From assembly GCA_048060695.1 (NCBI GenBank), contig JBGMQT010000005.1, forward strand, positions 2,731 through 66,665: 63,935 bases of DNA, in the 5' to 3' direction. Origin of the DNA: Acidiferrobacterales bacterium (lineage in GTDB: Bacteria > Pseudomonadota > Gammaproteobacteria > Acidiferrobacterales > JAJDNE01). The stretch's first letter is position 1. Each line of letters opens with the position of its first letter. Below, piece after piece: positions 60,534 through 63,935 of the stretch. A program made the translations under genes and the position numbers. The notes under the pieces are model-generated. The model searched no databases. It was given only the letters and a program-made list of their open reading frames with translations, and was not told where the DNA came from.

Positions 60534-61169
60534 TTACGTGACGCCCGTGCCGAGAAGTGCCTCAACTTCCCCCGCACTGGCCCTGCCCATTGTTTTGCCA
60601 TCAATCGGGCTCAGCGGTTTCTCGTGAAATCTTGAAGGGGAAAAAACCAGCAGCTCAATCGAAACACCCTCTGCCGTGAAACGATAGCCCGCCATCTCCT
60701 CGCGGCGGTTGCCACCGAAACGTATACGTCGGCAGATAATCTCGTAAGGGATATCGAAATCCATCAGCTTTGCCGCTACGTGTTCCGGAGTATCGGCACA
60801 TAAGTGCAGTTGTATCTCGCTACTCTCAGTGACAGTGCCGCGCAATACTGCACCCACCAGATTTGGCTGGAAGCTAACGAGAAAGTTCATCGCTTTCAGA
60901 GCCACACGACGTCTTGTGGTGATCCGTTCAGATAGTGCCGCGGACTGAAATACATTCAGGTACTCACGCAGCGTCTGTTCGATTTCACTGTTTGAAGGAA
61001 GATTTCGCCTGCTATGCACGCTAAGTCGGTCTGCGGCCTTCTGTTTGGCCAGCTGGTAATCGTTGGTGCCTTCACAGGCGAGAATTCGGGCTGTTTCGGT
61101 GGCGATGAGGGATCGTTGATGGCTGCTCGCGTGATTGTTATTTTCGACCGGGCGCCGCTTGCGGTCCAT
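60534..61169 (-). CDS. conserved-looking hypothetical protein (possible degenerate nucleotidyltransferase fold)
   Basis: 211 aa, starting 2 nt after the mrcA stop. GAVLRGTVTESSEIQLHL resembles the G[SA]..RG...SD[IL]DL NTase motif but with E/Q at the acidic positions. Confidence 0.5.
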   Translation of the reverse strand: MDRKRRPVENNNHASSHQRSLIATETARILACEGTNDYQLAKQKAADRLSVHSRRNLPSNSEIEQTLREYLNVFQSAALSERITTRRRVALKAMNFLVSFQPNLVGAVLRGTVTESSEIQLHLCADTPEHVAAKLMDFDIPYEIICRRIRFGGNRREEMAGYRFTAEGVSIELLVFSPSRFHEKPLSPIDGKTMGRASAGEVEALLGTGVT

Positions 61170-61171
61170 TG

Positions 61172-63859
61172 TTAAAACAGACCTTCGAGCCCTTGGTCAC
61201 TTTGGGCCGGTTTGGGTTCAGTATCTTCCTCGTCATTGGTCTCAAGCGTTTCAGACAGCGAAGCCACTCCTTTTGGTTCCGTGCCGGCGATAAAGTACTC
61301 CATGATGGGCTCTGGTTTGTCCGTTTCCTCTGGCTGCAGCGAGCCGCCGTTTTCTGTGGTTTCGGTTGACCCGGTTAGCGTATCGGGTGATTCATCTGCC
61401 GACTGTTGTTCGGGGGACTCGTCCTCGGGGGAGGCTTCAACCATATCCTCATCGGGTACCGGGCCGGCATAATTACCGGTTTCGGCATCGACCATGACCG
61501 TAACCACATTTTCGGGCTGCTCCAGATCCGTATTGTCCATACCCTTCAGTGCCACGCGCATAAAATCAACCCAAATCGGTAGTGCCGCTTTGGCGCCGGA
61601 TTCGTAGCGGCCAAGCGGTTCTGGTTGATCGAAACCGACCCATGCAGTGGTAACAACATTACCATTGAACCCGGAGAACCAGGCGTCGCGAAACTCGTTG
61701 GTGGTACCGGTTTTGCCGGCAATATCATTGCGCTTCAGCGCCAATGCGCGGCGACCGGTACCGAATTTAACCACATCACGCATAATCGTGGTCATAATAA
61801 AAGCATTCTCCGCCGAGATCACACGTGGCGCATATCGTGGCTGGATCTCTTCCGGTTCGTTGGCGGGGCCTTGTTCTGCTGCTGCAGCCACGGCCTCTGC
61901 TTCGACCGGGGTGGCCAATAGTGATTCATCCGCCTTGGCGAGATCAGCAGTGGGCTGGTCTTTTGCTCCTGATTCAGTCTGTTTCTGATTTATTGAATCA
62001 ACTGGATCTATGTACGGTGTCTCTGTCTCGGGGCATTGAGGGCAGACGCGTGTCGGGTTAGCTCGCTCCAGTACGTTTCCTTCTGCATCTTCTACGCGAG
62101 TTATGAAGTAGGGCTCGACACGATAGCCGCCACTGGCAAAAACAGAAAACGCCGACACCACTTCCAGTGGTGTGAATGAAGCGCTGCCAAGCGCCAGCGA
62201 AAGATTGGCGGGAATTTTTTCTTTGGCGAATCCAAATCGCTGCAGGTAGGAGACGGCATAGTTCGCGCCAATCGCACGCAGCAATCGTACCGATACCAGA
62301 TTCATGGACTTGGTCAATGCGAGACGCAGACGTGTTGGTCCAAAAAATTTGCCGCTGTAATTTTCAGGTTTCCACTCCCCTTCCAGGTTCTTGTCCTCTA
62401 TGACGATGGGAGCTCCACTGATGGTGCTGGCAGCGGTATATCCTTTGGCGATGGCTGCCGAGTAAATGAAGGGTTTAATGTTGGATCCAGGTTGACGTTC
62501 CGCCTGTGTAATTCGGTTGAACTTGCTCTGCTGAAAATCAAAGCCGCCGGTCAGGGCCAGAATGGCGCCATCCTGAGGGCGTATCGAAATCAGAGCACCG
62601 GCTATCTCTGGAACTTGTACCAGTTTCCATCCAATTTCCGGCTGGTACTCCACATACACCACATTACCCGGTCGCAGCACGCTGCGTGTCTTCTTCGGTG
62701 AACTGCCTTGATAGTCGCGGCCGCGAAAGCGCTTGGCCCATTCCAGTCCTTCCCAACCTATTTCGATAACATAACCTTCCTGAGTGTACGCCGCGGCGTT
62801 CTTGTCACCAATGACGAGGACAATCGCCGGTGAGAGTCCACCTACCGAGCGGTAGTCCTTTAACGTATCATCAAGAAAATCCTTGTCGAGTTTTTTGGGA
62901 AGTTTGACCTTGTTGACGGCGCCACGATAACCATGGCGCTCGTCATAGGCGAGTAAACCTTTGTGTACCGCACGGTTTGCGGCATTCTGATATTCAGCAA
63001 CGATGGTTGTGTAAACGTGAAAACCACCGGCGTATGTTTTTTCGGCGTAGGCCTTGTACATGTACCGACGGACCATCTCGGCGATGTAGGGGGCTTTGAC
63101 ATCATATTCAAAGCGGTGCTTGCTCGCCGTGATGGGCGCCGCCAGACTTTCCTGCAGCAACTCCTCGCTAATATATTCCAGCTTCGCCATACGTGATAAC
63201 ACATAGTTGCGGCGCTCGAGGGCAGTGTCAGGATTACTGATTGGATTGTTACGAGACGGTGCCTTGGGCAGCGCCGCCAGCATAGCTTTTTCCTGAAGCG
63301 CTAATTCGGAGAGCGATTTACCGTAATAGATTTGCGCGGCAGCGGCGAAACCATAAGCTCGCTGGCCAAGAAAAATCTTGTTTAGATAAAGCTCAAAAAT
63401 TTCATCTTTTGTCAGGGCGAATTCAATTTTGAAGGCTAGCAGGACTTCCCGGAGTTTTCGTGTCCAGGTCTTTTCCGGGCTGAGAAAAAAATTACGCGCA
63501 ACTTGCATGGTGATCGTGCTGGCACCTTGTCGGCGACCGCCAGAGCGCATATTGGCTACCACGGCGCGGGCGACACTCCGAAAATCGACACCCCAATGAT
63601 TGTAAAATTCGGAGTCTTCGGCAGCGAGAATGGCATTTACCAGATCTTGCGGGACATCGGCCATGGCCACCGGAATGCGTCTTTCCTCGCCAAATTCGCC
63701 CAATAATCGTCCCTCAACGGAATACACCCGCATGGGCACTTTTAGTCTTCCTTCTGCTATGTTTTCTACTGAGGGCAGAGTAGGTACGAGCACGATGACG
63801 ACGAGCAGCGCCAGAATCGCCCCGAGTGCGCCGGCGCCCAGGAGGGCATATAGGAACAA
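61172..63859 (-). CDS. mrcA: penicillin-binding protein 1A (bifunctional glycosyltransferase/transpeptidase)
   Basis: GT51 motifs EDSEFYNHWGVD and RKLREVLLAFKIE. Transpeptidase motifs SNIKP, SMN and KTGTT. The frame stays open from TTG 63859 to the window edge, so the real start may lie beyond 63935. Confidence 0.93.
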   Translation of the reverse strand: MFLYALLGAGALGAILALLVVIVLVPTLPSVENIAEGRLKVPMRVYSVEGRLLGEFGEERRIPVAMADVPQDLVNAILAAEDSEFYNHWGVDFRSVARAVVANMRSGGRRQGASTITMQVARNFFLSPEKTWTRKLREVLLAFKIEFALTKDEIFELYLNKIFLGQRAYGFAAAAQIYYGKSLSELALQEKAMLAALPKAPSRNNPISNPDTALERRNYVLSRMAKLEYISEELLQESLAAPITASKHRFEYDVKAPYIAEMVRRYMYKAYAEKTYAGGFHVYTTIVAEYQNAANRAVHKGLLAYDERHGYRGAVNKVKLPKKLDKDFLDDTLKDYRSVGGLSPAIVLVIGDKNAAAYTQEGYVIEIGWEGLEWAKRFRGRDYQGSSPKKTRSVLRPGNVVYVEYQPEIGWKLVQVPEIAGALISIRPQDGAILALTGGFDFQQSKFNRITQAERQPGSNIKPFIYSAAIAKGYTAASTISGAPIVIEDKNLEGEWKPENYSGKFFGPTRLRLALTKSMNLVSVRLLRAIGANYAVSYLQRFGFAKEKIPANLSLALGSASFTPLEVVSAFSVFASGGYRVEPYFITRVEDAEGNVLERANPTRVCPQCPETETPYIDPVDSINQKQTESGAKDQPTADLAKADESLLATPVEAEAVAAAAEQGPANEPEEIQPRYAPRVISAENAFIMTTIMRDVVKFGTGRRALALKRNDIAGKTGTTNEFRDAWFSGFNGNVVTTAWVGFDQPEPLGRYESGAKAALPIWVDFMRVALKGMDNTDLEQPENVVTVMVDAETGNYAGPVPDEDMVEASPEDESPEQQSADESPDTLTGSTETTENGGSLQPEETDKPEPIMEYFIAGTEPKGVASLSETLETNDEEDTEPKPAQSDQGLEGLF

Positions 63860-63935
63860 GCGTTTACGGGATAGCGTTTTCCCGGACCCGGGTGCCGGGT
63901 TCCGGGCATGCTGAGGCGTGAGAGACGAATCGGTT

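Overview
This window looks like an origin-proximal core chromosome segment of a gammaproteobacterium, about 50-55% GC by eye. Several blocks follow Pseudomonas-like gene order, recalled from memory: rsmG-parA-parB-atpIBEFHAGDC-glmU-glmS, thrB-polA-(sRNA)-engB-cytochrome c4, and hemL-thiE-thiD. Other housekeeping genes are uvrD, argS, mrcA, hemH and rlmI, plus a four-gene beta-oxidation operon. I saw no rRNA, tRNA, CRISPR array, integrase, transposase or phage genes, and no clear-cut new multi-gene system. The candidates most worth follow-up are: (1) an 866-aa membrane-anchored 7TM-GAF-pseudo-receiver-degenerate AAA+-Fis-HTH protein divergent from the fad operon; (2) a consensus-matching sigma-54 promoter driving a single 78-aa orphan gene with its own terminator; (3) a sigma-E-type promoter plus terminator defining a roughly 110-nt sRNA at the Spot42/ErsA position next to engB; (4) a degenerate GGDEF protein (ADDEF, I-site kept) sitting where DctP normally lies in a TRAP operon, with the matching DctP about 6.5 kb away across an accessory block; (5) a decayed DUF971/MoaD-like locus; (6) two repeat families, a MITE-like element and a REP-like palindrome, one copy of which lies inside the atp operon. 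Product calls rest on motifs read from the translations. No database search was run.
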